In this document: positions 20,191 through 30,226 of the stretch, piece by piece
How the letters are laid out: each line of letters starts with the position of its first letter
Position numbering within the stretch: position 1 is the first letter of the stretch
DNA from: a phage
DNA length: 64,000 nt
Reading direction: 5' to 3' (one strand)
Assembly (NCBI GenBank): GCA_028030915.1
Contig: GCA_028030915.1_4867.1
Program-made: the position numbers and the translations under genes
The notes under the pieces: generated by a model
What the model was told of the DNA's origin: nothing
What the model saw: only the letters and a program-made list of their open reading frames with translations
The model's database searches: none

Positions 20191-20389
20191 CTATTGCCAT
20201 ACCCCATTGTGAAATAACCGGAGACTGAAGCAACGATTCCAGCTCAGTAAGAACTCTGGCTTTTGCTTCTTCGCGCAACTTACGGACTTCCGGGTCAGGT
20301 TTGCCTGCGCCCAAATATTGGGGTTCTGTTTGTGGGGTAGGGAAGCCACAGAAAGAACCAACCGTTATTCCGATGATTGTTTTTTGCAT

Positions 20390-20812
20390 TTAGCTATTCC
20401 TTTTCACCCAGGCTTGTACCGCTGACTCGAAACCTTCGTGTTCGATACCGAGCCGTTTCATTGCCAACATAGTGTTGAGGCTATTCGTAATTTCTTCACG
20501 GTAGCGATGGTCGTCCATCTTACGCCAACACTTCTCCGGGTCAACACCTAAGCGTTGGAGTAGATACGCCTCACGCACCATACCAGGCCGCCAGAATTTA
20601 GGGCGGGTAATCGCGATTTCAATCATGGGCGTCATGTCCAACGTGTGCGCGAGAATACTAACCGGCGTTTCCCCAACTTTATCACGTAGCGCTAAACGTA
20701 ACCACCACTGAACATTTGCTTTGGTTTCAGGTAACAGGTCGTAGAATAAGGCTGTTTCTTCTTCTGATAAATGATCGTATAGTGATTTTGTTTCGCGAAT
20801 AGCGGTAACCAT
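20390..20812 (-). CDS. hypothetical protein (140 aa)
   Basis: ORF in track. Confidence 0.4.
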   Translation of the reverse strand: MVTAIRETKSLYDHLSEEETALFYDLLPETKANVQWWLRLALRDKVGETPVSILAHTLDMTPMIEIAITRPKFWRPGMVREAYLLQRLGVDPEKCWRKMDDHRYREEITNSLNTMLAMKRLGIEHEGFESAVQAWVKRNS

Positions 20813-20823
20813 TTTAATGCTCC

Positions 20824-21087
20824 TTAGGGTAAAGTTGCCTCCCAGTCGTGGTGGTGAGGCTCAGGCAGCGTACCAAGCGCTGCTTTAATACACGTACTCA
20901 GCGGAGTATCATCGAACGCAACACGCCCGATAGTGCCCACGTTGATGTGTTTAGGATTTACGGGTAAGAACTCCTTCACCCGCTCGTACTCAGCCCAACA
21001 GACATCGGTGTTTAAAGCTGAAAACCCAGGACGGTGAAACATAAATAGCACTCCTCGCGTAAAAATACCCCACTCATAGTGAGGCAT
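20824..21087 (-). CDS. hypothetical protein (87 aa)
   Basis: ORF in track. Confidence 0.3.
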   Translation of the reverse strand: MPHYEWGIFTRGVLFMFHRPGFSALNTDVCWAEYERVKEFLPVNPKHINVGTIGRVAFDDTPLSTCIKAALGTLPEPHHHDWEATLP

Positions 21088-21112
21088 AATCGTAAGGAGT
21101 GCTAAAACAGGA

Positions 21113-21601
21113 CTATGCTACCGCAGTCCTTAAAGGTTCATCTGCTTCCGCAGGAACCTGCTTCTTAAATTCAAGCCATTGTCCGTCTGTAGAGACGGTC
21201 TTGTCAAAACCGCGAGCGGTAAAGAACGCAATACCAGCTTCCTGGCAAGCGTATATTCCCCCATGCGCACTGGTGAACTGTTCATTCACATCAAGCGCAT
21301 CAAAAATCTGCGTCATCGTTTTACGACGGCGTGCCATTTCAGACACGAACATCGTACGAATCTTCAGAACCCCAGCGATTACGCGATACAAACAGTAACC
21401 AACAGGGGTACCCCCTTCCAGAGCAACACAAGCACGGTTCCCCGCCAACAGTTTCTCCAGAGTGAGGTTCGGAATCTCACCTTTTTCGATATGGAGTATG
21501 GTACGTTGGTGGTTCAGAAATTTATAATGCAGCCCCAACAGCTGTTTATTTTGTGCTTCCGTTAAATCTGAGGATGAGGAAAGAATGACAATTTCGGCCA
21601 T
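21113..21601 (-). CDS. possible GNAT-family acetyltransferase (weak)
   Basis: C-terminal AFFTARGF resembles the GNAT motif B (FY-x-x-x-GF); start set at an internal Met with AGGAA RBS. Confidence 0.3.
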   Translation of the reverse strand: MAEIVILSSSSDLTEAQNKQLLGLHYKFLNHQRTILHIEKGEIPNLTLEKLLAGNRACVALEGGTPVGYCLYRVIAGVLKIRTMFVSEMARRRKTMTQIFDALDVNEQFTSAHGGIYACQEAGIAFFTARGFDKTVSTDGQWLEFKKQVPAEADEPLRTAVA

Positions 21602-22726
21602 GAGCTGAATTCCTAAGTGAGCTTTCACCTGCGATGAAAGCGAGTAACGAAGAATTGCGTTTGTGTTTTCTTAAGTTTACCGGTAAAGCTTAGCGGTGTA
21701 TACCGCCAGAGGTGAAGACCAGTTCTCTATCGGAACCGTGTCTTTAATCAGCAACGACGTTGAAAACGTCGCGATGCTGAGGTAACCTTCCGTCGCCACA
21801 TTCGCTCATGGCGCTTCTGATTACCACGCCAGTCTTCCCCGACTGTACGTGAAACTGCAAAATCATCCGGCCCGCAGACTTCCGCGATGTCTGCTAGAAG
21901 GTTCTTTGAAGACCCTATAGCCATCCCCACACTCGAAAGAACGATACGCCGGGTTGGCTCGGCCGCCCCTGAACCCACGACCACGGGATCAGAGACTGTT
22001 TCACTGTCACATGATACTTCTCCCACTTCGTAATTACCCTCCTGTTAAAACCAACCTTGCGTCAATGCAAGGATTGCGCCTAGGGCGTATGCGCCTGCTC
22101 CTAGTACCAGACTACAGATGATACACCCAACCCACTTCACTAAAATAACCATGATGCCAGAAATGCTCCGATTGCACAGATGATAATCGTAATGCCAAGG
22201 TCTGTCCAGGTGGCACCATCATACGCACCTGTTGCAATCATGGCTGCGTTGACACTATTCACGACTGTCATAAGCCGGGTCCCTTAAACGCGGGGGCTTG
22301 CTCCACAGATTACCGAAGTAAACCCCTTCTAAGAACACCAAAACAACTAAGCCCCAAAAGGCAGGCGTAGCGCGAGACATGAAAATACCGAGTAGCACCA
22401 CAGTGTGCATTACCACAACTGCCCAAAACTTTAAACGACCAGGTTTACGTCTTGCCATGGAATGCCCATCCTTTCGTGCGGATAATCCAACCCCAGGCAC
22501 CACGAATCAACCACAGTGCAATACCGGTTAATACGATACCTTCAATCATGTCCGTTCTCCTATATCTCGCCACTCACAACGCGTGTCAAAAAGGCGTTCT
22601 TTAAGAGCAGAGGCTAAATAGACAACTGCAGCGATAACCACCACGGCTGCACAAAAGGAGAGGTACAGTACCATCACAACAAACTGAAGGAACTGAAAAC
22701 CCCACCAAGCCCATAAGCGCCAACCT

Positions 22727-25237
22727 TTATGATGCATATTTGATTATTACCCCTTCGTTATACACCGGTGGAAGCGTTACACCTTCTGGTTCTACGACAC
22801 AGTAGGTGGCTTCGTTAAGTTTAGAATGAACTTCCGCTTCATGCGAAACGACCAGCAATTGAGAAAACTCTCCCGACAACGCCAACGATTTAATGAAGTT
22901 AACTAATCGGTTTTTGTGTTCTTCATCCATGCCTTCAGATGGTTCATCCAATAACAAAGGATAATTTTGTAAACCAAGTGCTTTATACGCCGTTAAACGA
23001 AACATCATGTTGAAAATGATACGCTGTGCTTTTGAACCTTTCTTCACGTCAGGTACCAGTTCTTCATGGTCTTTTAATCGTACCGGGAATGTGTAATCCA
23101 AATCCCCGTCGGTTAAATCGCACGGAATAACCTGCATCGGATATGCCCACACCATTTCGATATACCGATTCATTAAATCCATGATGCGTGTAATCGCAGC
23201 ATAAAAGTAACGACGCAATAATCCTTTTTCGGGGGAGACGGCATTGATAATCAATCTGGCATGGTGATGCTCTTTGAGCAGTTCAGCTTGTTCCTTTTCC
23301 AGTTCCGCTAAACGTGCAATAGCCCCTTCCATTTGACGAAACCGTTCACGAGCTGAAGTATACGCATCGAGCTTCGCTTCGCGTCGGTTTAACAACTCGC
23401 GAACCACGACGTTGTTAACGGAGATGTTCATTTCCGATACCAGATGTTCGTAGCCCTTTTGGAAACGTTCGATTGCTTCTTTGGTTTGTTGCAGTTGGAT
23501 GGTTTCGCGTTCCAGCTCATTGGCTTGTCTGCGGTATTCTATCAGTCGACGGTTAGCCCCGTCTAGTTGTGAACGGATATGTTCAATTTTCTGACTCAGC
23601 GCACCATCAACATTACCTACTGCGGCAACAGCCTCTTGCCATTCCCGTTCCGCTGTTGCAAGCTTCGCTGATTGACGCAGATACATCATGGCCGAATCTA
23701 ACTCTTCGGTAAAGGCACGTGCAATGGCACCATAACGATCCCGCGACGTGGTGAAGATATCCAACTCTTGCAGTTTACGGAAAAACAAACCGACAACGGG
23801 ATGGTTGGAATACGACATGACAATTTCGCGAATCGTACGTAAGCTACGGACGTCCTCTTCAATCTCTTTGCGGTCACGCAAAAGACTATCCATTTCGTCT
23901 TTCAGCTGTTTTTTCCAACCTTCATTATCGTTGATGGCCTTTTCAGTTTCAGGTAACGACTTACGAATCCCAGGACGGAAACGGTGGTTACACTGTGGAC
24001 AATCAACTTCTGCAGTTTCTAAGAAGTGTTGACGGTCGTGGTATAAACCGTGTAGCACATTCTCACAACGTTGCAACTTTTCAGATAGACCCGCAGAGGT
24101 TAAATCCATACCCTGTAAACGCTTCTCTAACGCTCCCAGGCGCTCTGTTGTCTTTAACTGGTCCAGATGCATGGACAACGGTAAATTCCAGTTACAGGCG
24201 TCGTTTAACGCGTTCTGAATGCTATCCACGTCGATGCGGGTACCTTCAAACAGAGCCGGGAACATCCAGTTCTGTTGGAACGTTGCCAGTTCCTGTTTTA
24301 AGCTGTCGATTGTTTGTTTTAGACCGGTATGGTTGCGCATCAGATATGTTTGACGCGACTCCTCATCCAGTAGCTGTGACAACTCTTTATTGTACATGTT
24401 GCATTCAGTTTCAGCAGAGGCAGCTTGCTCACGCCAGGCAACCACACGACTTTGAAACTCGTTAATCAGTTCGTCAGAAGGCAGAACGCCATAACGTTCC
24501 ATAATGAGTTTTACAGCCGGTTGCAACGAAGCAATGCGTTTCCGGATACTGTCAACCGAAACAGCGTTATCTAAACCGGGCCTTGCTTCAATTGTGCGGT
24601 TTAATTCTTGAAGCTCAGCATCGAGTTCTTTCAAACGAACTTCTAAACGTGCACGATCTTCTTCATCGTCAACGACGCGCATTTTTGCTTCGCCGATTTT
24701 TCGTCCGGTGTGTTCGATGGCCCCGCTTAAACTGGAAGCGAGTTTACGCAAACGTCGATAGCAGCCAACAACGTATGTCAGATCAGATTCTGACATTAAC
24801 GTAAACCATTTGCGACGAACTTCGGTAGTGGCGTCAGTTAATAAGGTCTCGCCATTAATTAACTCTTTGATTTCTTTGGTGATTCCGGTTAACTGTTCCA
24901 CCATGGAGTTGTAAACTTTGGCGTTTACCGAGTCCACAATGGGGACGCCTTTGGTGATATTGAAAATACTACAAGACAAAGAAGACCCACGTCGCAGGAC
25001 TTCAAATTTAAGACGGTCGTCCCCGACTAACGCGTAGTTAGTGTAAGAACCGCCTTCGCGGAATTCAGATTTTGCTGGAGCTAAGGGGAGAAAAACAGAC
25101 AGGAGGCTTGTTTTACCGCAACCATTGCCACCGAGGATGATGGTAACGGTTGACTTAAGGGTGAAATCAAACGTTTCGATTTCGTGTAACCCCATGCCGG
25201 TAAATCCTTTCAAAATGATACGTTCGACCTTGAGCAT
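22727..25237 (-). CDS. SbcC/Rad50-like recombination ATPase (836 aa)
   Basis: Walker A GGNGCGKTS; long coiled-coil middle with CPQC zinc hook; Walker B/D-loop LLLDEPSEGMDEE; H-loop VVSHEAE. Confidence 0.85.
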   Translation of the reverse strand: MLKVERIILKGFTGMGLHEIETFDFTLKSTVTIILGGNGCGKTSLLSVFLPLAPAKSEFREGGSYTNYALVGDDRLKFEVLRRGSSLSCSIFNITKGVPIVDSVNAKVYNSMVEQLTGITKEIKELINGETLLTDATTEVRRKWFTLMSESDLTYVVGCYRRLRKLASSLSGAIEHTGRKIGEAKMRVVDDEEDRARLEVRLKELDAELQELNRTIEARPGLDNAVSVDSIRKRIASLQPAVKLIMERYGVLPSDELINEFQSRVVAWREQAASAETECNMYNKELSQLLDEESRQTYLMRNHTGLKQTIDSLKQELATFQQNWMFPALFEGTRIDVDSIQNALNDACNWNLPLSMHLDQLKTTERLGALEKRLQGMDLTSAGLSEKLQRCENVLHGLYHDRQHFLETAEVDCPQCNHRFRPGIRKSLPETEKAINDNEGWKKQLKDEMDSLLRDRKEIEEDVRSLRTIREIVMSYSNHPVVGLFFRKLQELDIFTTSRDRYGAIARAFTEELDSAMMYLRQSAKLATAEREWQEAVAAVGNVDGALSQKIEHIRSQLDGANRRLIEYRRQANELERETIQLQQTKEAIERFQKGYEHLVSEMNISVNNVVVRELLNRREAKLDAYTSARERFRQMEGAIARLAELEKEQAELLKEHHHARLIINAVSPEKGLLRRYFYAAITRIMDLMNRYIEMVWAYPMQVIPCDLTDGDLDYTFPVRLKDHEELVPDVKKGSKAQRIIFNMMFRLTAYKALGLQNYPLLLDEPSEGMDEEHKNRLVNFIKSLALSGEFSQLLVVSHEAEVHSKLNEATYCVVEPEGVTLPPVYNEGVIIKYAS

Positions 25238-25290
25238 GTTTGCCTTCTAATGAGAAAGTATTAGTCGTTCATATCCAAAAGGCCATGCGT

Positions 25291-25322
25291 AAAAAAGAAG
25301 AAATGGAACCCCGAAGGGTTCC
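25291..25322 (-). terminator. intrinsic terminator (GGAACCC-CGAA-GGGTTCC)
   Basis: Hairpin with GNRA-like loop, A-run upstream on the plus strand; downstream of the 25334..25960 gene. Confidence 0.45.
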
Positions 25323-25333
25323 AGAGAGGAGAG

Positions 25334-25960
25334 TTACTGCGGAATAAACTTACGGTGTCCGAGCGATTCCCAAAAACTGTCGGTGCGCTCTTTGGTTAAT
25401 TCATACCACGCACGCCCGGCATCAGAATCGACAACCTTTAACGTTTCAGTAAGCAGGAATTTGAACAGTTCAGCGCTACGACCGGGTGCTACACCGTCGA
25501 GATATATCGGAATTAAATAACCGGTTTTGATTTCTTCGTACGGTTGCGATTGGTGTTGACCAACAACCCAGGCATCAGCAGCGCTACCGACCAAAGTGGT
25601 GTTTACAGTTAACTCATCAGAAATCCAGTTAACTGTATCAGCCATTATTGAATCGCCATTGACGTAGAAGAAAACTAAACGTTTAGGTTGCTCCACCGAA
25701 CCAGCCAAATCTAATGCAGTAGTTCCGGTGAAGATCGTATTATTGGGATTACGTTCTGCAATAGGTAGAGCAAACCACGCTTCGAGCTGCCCCCAGCTAC
25801 GCGGCAGTGCTTCTTTAAACCACTTCACCAATCGCGGGTATTCCAGAAACCCTTCTACCTCTTCTTCCATCAGATTGATACGCAGTTTGGTATCCTGACG
25901 ATTCGCTTTCTGACACGTCACCATGTCGTCGATGAAACGAATCAGGGTAATCTCGTTCAT
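25334..25960 (-). CDS. hypothetical protein (208 aa)
   Basis: ORF in track. Confidence 0.45.
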   Translation of the reverse strand: MNEITLIRFIDDMVTCQKANRQDTKLRINLMEEEVEGFLEYPRLVKWFKEALPRSWGQLEAWFALPIAERNPNNTIFTGTTALDLAGSVEQPKRLVFFYVNGDSIMADTVNWISDELTVNTTLVGSAADAWVVGQHQSQPYEEIKTGYLIPIYLDGVAPGRSAELFKFLLTETLKVVDSDAGRAWYELTKERTDSFWESLGHRKFIPQ

Positions 25961-25974
25961 GTTTAATCCTTCTT

Positions 25975-26007
25975 CAACAAAAAAAGAAGGTAGCCCGTAG
26001 GCTACCT
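25975..26007 (-). terminator. intrinsic terminator (GGTAGCC-CGTA-GGCTACC)
   Basis: Hairpin preceded by an A-run on the plus strand; downstream of the 26015 gene. Confidence 0.4.
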
Positions 26008-26014
26008 CTCGTAT

Positions 26015-26515
26015 TTACAGCCCCATATGCATAAGGGAAATGATTGGGACCTTACGGCCACGAATCATTGCATACGGTTCGTACATTTGTGCGTTAGTTT
26101 CGAATAACTCACAGGCCGGAATGCGGTCACCGGTAGAGAGTTGCAAGACTTCAATTTGGTCGCCCCAGAAGTTATTCACCAATACATGGTCGACAGTGTT
26201 GTCTTCACGACCTTCAGGGGTGTTGCAATAAGTGGCTGCAGCGTACCAGCCCTTACGGTATACTTCATAACCCGCATGAAGCATCCGGTAGTACGGACGT
26301 AGTTGTGGGGCATTCAACGCAGCATCTAGCCACTCGCTGTGAATGCTGTTAATCAATACGGTCGCTTCTTCTGGCCAGTCGGTGCGGTTTAGGGTTAACT
26401 CGCCTAACAGCTTTAACTTCCAGCCAGTGGAAAGAATAGCGCGGGTACGTTCGGGATTGACGTTCATCTGAGTAAAGAAAGTAGAACGGGTATCGTCGAG
26501 AATGTTCATGTTCAT
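26015..26515 (-). CDS. hypothetical protein (start set at internal Met with AAGGA RBS)
   Basis: The track ORF extends to 26581 through a hairpin region; the Met at 26515 has a properly spaced RBS. Confidence 0.4.
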   Translation of the reverse strand: MNMNILDDTRSTFFTQMNVNPERTRAILSTGWKLKLLGELTLNRTDWPEEATVLINSIHSEWLDAALNAPQLRPYYRMLHAGYEVYRKGWYAAATYCNTPEGREDNTVDHVLVNNFWGDQIEVLQLSTGDRIPACELFETNAQMYEPYAMIRGRKVPIISLMHMGL

Positions 26516-26644
26516 TTGCATAATCCTTACGAGTAATAGTCGATTAAAAAGGACCCTGCGGCTAAGTGTTGGGGATATCACCGCAGGGCCAAAGTGAGAT
26601 GGGTCGTCATCTCACGTTATAACATCTGTCTGAAAACTTTTCGG

Positions 26645-27028
26645 TTACTGGTCGAGCGCTACTGAACCACGCACCACCCCTTGCTGTTCAATAACCAGGA
26701 GGCGTTGTTTGGTTTTCGTATTGTAAGCGAGCGACGCGCGAAGCGTCGGGTCGCACGTTATTGTCTCTACTGGCACAATCTCTTGTGCCTTTGAGTTCAA
26801 CAGAAAGTAGTAACCTGCCGGACAAGTTTCCTCGCCCTTTGCGTGGACTAGGATGTACTCGTCGTGCCGGCTGACTTCTTCACATCTACCATCGTCGCCA
26901 GTACAGACTTCGAACGAAGGCGGGTTGTACTGATACGGTGTGCCTGGTAGTAAATCTTCTACGCTAGTTGTAGCTGAAGCAGAAGCGGTAAAGAACACCG
27001 CCACGATAATACCCATAAATCCACGCAT
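26645..27028 (-). CDS. small secreted protein with paired cysteines (127 aa)
   Basis: Signal-peptide-like N-terminus MRGFMGIIVAVFFTASASA; four Cys in the mature part. Confidence 0.45.
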   Translation of the reverse strand: MRGFMGIIVAVFFTASASATTSVEDLLPGTPYQYNPPSFEVCTGDDGRCEEVSRHDEYILVHAKGEETCPAGYYFLLNSKAQEIVPVETITCDPTLRASLAYNTKTKQRLLVIEQQGVVRGSVALDQ

Positions 27029-27041
27029 GTTGTTTCCTTAC

Positions 27042-27452
27042 TTAAAAGTCGAGTTTATTGATGCCTACATTTTTCTTAATCGTAGGGTCATACATGATAA
27101 CCGTCAGGGCATTGTCGCCTGGGTCGCGTGTAAACTCAGCAACGGCTTCACCACTGCAGGCTTGGTTATCATTATAGTTCATGGATTCGGCTTGCCCGGT
27201 TGCCATGTTAATAACCCCGTATTCAGGGTCGCCACATGCGACACCGCCCATCGTTTTCACTAACAGGTAACGGTTGTTATCGGACATCGCAACGATCTGG
27301 CAGCTACCGCCTTGTACGTCAGAGTTCTGGCACCAGAACGGCCCGCCGTATTCGTGATCGTTAACAACTTTTGGTAACTCGATACTCCCAGCGCGAGCGA
27401 AGAAGCTAATGGCTAGAGTAGCAAGTAAAACTGGTAATAAAAAATGTTTCAT
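27042..27452 (-). CDS. small secreted protein, PFWC-motif paralog (136 aa)
   Basis: Signal-like MKHFLLPVLLATLAISFFARA; GPFWCQNSDVQGGSC. Confidence 0.45.
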   Translation of the reverse strand: MKHFLLPVLLATLAISFFARAGSIELPKVVNDHEYGGPFWCQNSDVQGGSCQIVAMSDNNRYLLVKTMGGVACGDPEYGVINMATGQAESMNYNDNQACSGEAVAEFTRDPGDNALTVIMYDPTIKKNVGINKLDF

Positions 27453-27474
27453 AATAGCACCTCAATTTTTTGAG

Positions 27475-27966
27475 TTATTCTGAATAGTCGATTGTTTTGA
27501 TGGTTTCCATACCGTAGTACATAGCGATGGAGGCCAGAGTTTTGGTATCCGGTCGCTGTACAAAACCGGCTCTGAAATCTTTGCTGCAAATTTTCTCCAC
27601 TGATAGTTCATCACGATTAGGGATAAGCCATAACGCGTCACCATTGTGACGGTCGACTGCACCCCACCAACCACCTGGGCAATCTTTATCGCCCGGACGG
27701 TGTACGATAGCGACACGACCGTTGAAGGATATGTCAACTACACGACACTGTTTCTTAAGCAGCTTACGCGCATTGCACCAGAACGGCTTATCATTAAGAT
27801 TGATGGTGCGGGTATATGCTGGAATGCTGCCGTTAATACTGCCCTGGAACCCGCTGAATTCGTCAGCGCGTGCCTTAGAAATCCGTAGCCCAACAACAAC
27901 TGCCATCAACAGCACAGTAAAAAGCACCACTTTGGCCAAGTGGCGATTAACGTTATTGCATTTCAT
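27475..27966 (-). CDS. small secreted or membrane-anchored protein, PFWC-motif paralog
   Basis: Start set at MKCNNV; hydrophobic VVLFTVLLMAVVVGL; KPFWCNARKLLKKQC. Confidence 0.4.
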   Translation of the reverse strand: MKCNNVNRHLAKVVLFTVLLMAVVVGLRISKARADEFSGFQGSINGSIPAYTRTINLNDKPFWCNARKLLKKQCRVVDISFNGRVAIVHRPGDKDCPGGWWGAVDRHNGDALWLIPNRDELSVEKICSKDFRAGFVQRPDTKTLASIAMYYGMETIKTIDYSE

Positions 27967-28354
27967 TTTTGATATCTCCACGATTGAGGGTGATGCGACC
28001 GACGAGCACATCGTTGTGATAAAAGCTCACAGCAACCAAATTCGGTAATTCCAGTGGCGATACACTGACCGAGGTGACTTTTGGTTGATTGCACGATATG
28101 TCGATTAACCGCTGATACATTTTCAATTTCTTATCAGCGATAACCAGCCCTGTGCAGTTCTTACCGTCCGTCAGTCTGTAGATTTGTAACTGTTCGACCT
28201 CACGCATCAGTTCCGGTTTTTCATTCGGTGCAATGCCATAATCCGAATCAGCTGATGTGTATTCAGTCACGTCTGGCTTATCGAAAGCATAAGTTGCTGC
28301 AATACCACATGCGGCCAGAACTACTACTGCTTGTAAGAACTTCTTGATAGTCAT
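27953..28354 (-). CDS. small secreted protein (133 aa)
   Basis: Signal-like MTIKKFLQAVVVLAACGIAATYA. Confidence 0.4.
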   Translation of the reverse strand: MTIKKFLQAVVVLAACGIAATYAFDKPDVTEYTSADSDYGIAPNEKPELMREVEQLQIYRLTDGKNCTGLVIADKKLKMYQRLIDISCNQPKVTSVSVSPLELPNLVAVSFYHNDVLVGRITLNRGDIKNEMQ

Positions 28355-28374
28355 GTTTTACTCTATAGTCGATT

Positions 28375-28408
28375 GGTTTAAAAAAGAATAGGCTACCCGA
28401 GGGTAGCC
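28375..28408 (-). terminator. intrinsic terminator (GGCTACC-CGAG-GGTAGCC)
   Basis: Hairpin with upstream A-run on the plus strand; downstream of the 28460 gene. Confidence 0.4.
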
Positions 28409-28459
28409 AGTTGAGTTAATCTCTTAACTCTCACCTAAGTAATATATATCTGAGATATT

Positions 28460-29056
28460 TTACAATGTGAACGTTGTGTTAAGAATACGAAAACCCAATG
28501 CTCGCTTAGCGATTTGCATATTTGCAGGCGTGAAGTCCACCAGTTTGATTTGAACGATCGATAAATCGTAAAGCTTGTGAAGCACTTCGATTTTGTGTCG
28601 CCAATCTGTTTTTTGGTGCAGCTCTATCGTCGTTGGTATCTCGCCTAGTCTCGGCAACTGTGCTCCAAGTAAACGATGATGGACTTTACCGTTTATAGTT
28701 GGGGTGCCTTCCGTGACCATCAGTCGCGCATCGATGTAGTTATTTCGCTTAGCGTACTCCATAAAAGTTTTGACATTTATCTTTTCCTCGTATAGAATGC
28801 TGCGAAAGTATTCGTAAATGATGTGTCCTGCCTCCCTACCGCTTTCCGAGTCTGGAATAACCTTATCGATGAAAATCGCAGAGACCACTTCGCTCCCACG
28901 CGAATGCATTGTAATGACCCTATCCCCGTGCTCTGCGGCGGTTAATAATCCACTCACATCAAGCCCCACCGGAAACAAGCCACGACTACGCATTACGTGC
29001 AGGTCTTCTAACTTGTTCTCTTGCAGTCGTAAAATACGTTCTGTCATATACCACAC
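28460..29056 (-). CDS. hypothetical protein (198 aa)
   Basis: ORF in track. Confidence 0.4.
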   Translation of the reverse strand: MWYMTERILRLQENKLEDLHVMRSRGLFPVGLDVSGLLTAAEHGDRVITMHSRGSEVVSAIFIDKVIPDSESGREAGHIIYEYFRSILYEEKINVKTFMEYAKRNNYIDARLMVTEGTPTINGKVHHRLLGAQLPRLGEIPTTIELHQKTDWRHKIEVLHKLYDLSIVQIKLVDFTPANMQIAKRALGFRILNTTFTL

Positions 29057-29080
29057 CTCAAATTAATTTGAGTTAAGTGT

Positions 29081-29121
29081 AAAAAATAAGAGGACTCCAG
29101 TAACCACGAGGGTTACTGGAG
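29081..29121 (-). terminator. intrinsic terminator (CTCCAGTAACC...GGTTACTGGAG)
   Basis: 11-bp inverted repeat with A-run upstream on the plus strand; downstream of the 29127 gene. Confidence 0.4.
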
Positions 29122-29126
29122 ATAAA

Positions 29127-29654
29127 CTACACACTCAACGTTTCAATGAATTTGATGCGCGCTGGGTGAAATGTGTGATAAACAGTTACCGGCGCGTGCG
29201 GGCCTTCGGCTGCGTGTATTGCGCCATCGTATCCGCTCAGCAACAGATGGTCATATATCGCACTACAGTTATACGCCACCGATGCCCATAGTGGTAACTT
29301 GTCAAACTCTTTAGGGTGTTGGTGGTAAACCTCCATCAAACCCTTTTCAGGATGACGCTCTTGGATACGCTCCCACTCATTTGTTTCAATGAGCAAGTTC
29401 CCTTTCTTCTGTGCAACTGTCTGGTATTGATGCGGGGAAAGAATCTCGCGGAAATTACCGATATCGACGAACGGGTCAGTAGGATCGTTGATAAATGGAT
29501 TGGTGATTTCCAAAGAAACGTGGTTGATTAGCCAGCTGGGATTCGCTTTAACAATTTCAGCAGGGACATCGATGTCTTTATAGACAACTTGAGAACGTGA
29601 AAGGTTAGCCTCAACAAACGGCTTATCAGTAACAATATAACCTTCGAGTTTCAT
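29127..29654 (-). CDS. hypothetical protein (175 aa)
   Basis: ORF in track. Confidence 0.45.
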   Translation of the reverse strand: MKLEGYIVTDKPFVEANLSRSQVVYKDIDVPAEIVKANPSWLINHVSLEITNPFINDPTDPFVDIGNFREILSPHQYQTVAQKKGNLLIETNEWERIQERHPEKGLMEVYHQHPKEFDKLPLWASVAYNCSAIYDHLLLSGYDGAIHAAEGPHAPVTVYHTFHPARIKFIETLSV

Positions 29655-30217
29655 TATAAGGCTCCTTTAAAGTGATATGTTAAGCTTTCTACGAGATGGC
29701 AGGTTTGGCTTTCAAAGAAGTGTAAAATGGGTTCAATGGGCACACCGCCGAGATTATAGACGATTACGTCCTGCTTTAATCCGGCCTCGACTTCGCTAAG
29801 AAACGATTCGGTTGCGAGTTCACTCTCTGACGAGGAAAGGGTAATCGTTGTTTCCCCATCGTCGCTACTACCAGAGACATCCTGTAAACGCAAAACGGTC
29901 GGTACAGTTTTACTGATACGAATATCTGGCGGGAGTGTAACCTCCAGTAGCGGTGTACGGACTTTACGCGCAAGATAGTTGGTGAATAGATTGGGATCAA
30001 GCTCGCTGACGCCACAGCAAATGCAGTTCAGTAAGGTCGACAAGCTTGTCGTTTTGCGTTCAAATATCCCCTTGATCTGTTTGGCTTTATCGCTATAAAG
30101 GAACACCAACAGCTGGTCGGGGTTATCCGGTAAATCACGTTCAACTCCTTCCCACTCCGGATCGTTGCGGATGTGCTCTTGCCAGATATCGTTTCGAATT
30201 TCTAGTAAACGGGACAT
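29654..30217 (-). CDS. hypothetical protein (187 aa)
   Basis: ORF in track; start/stop overlap with neighbour. Confidence 0.45.
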   Translation of the reverse strand: MSRLLEIRNDIWQEHIRNDPEWEGVERDLPDNPDQLLVFLYSDKAKQIKGIFERKTTSLSTLLNCICCGVSELDPNLFTNYLARKVRTPLLEVTLPPDIRISKTVPTVLRLQDVSGSSDDGETTITLSSSESELATESFLSEVEAGLKQDVIVYNLGGVPIEPILHFFESQTCHLVESLTYHFKGAL

Positions 30218-30226
30218 ACACTCACC

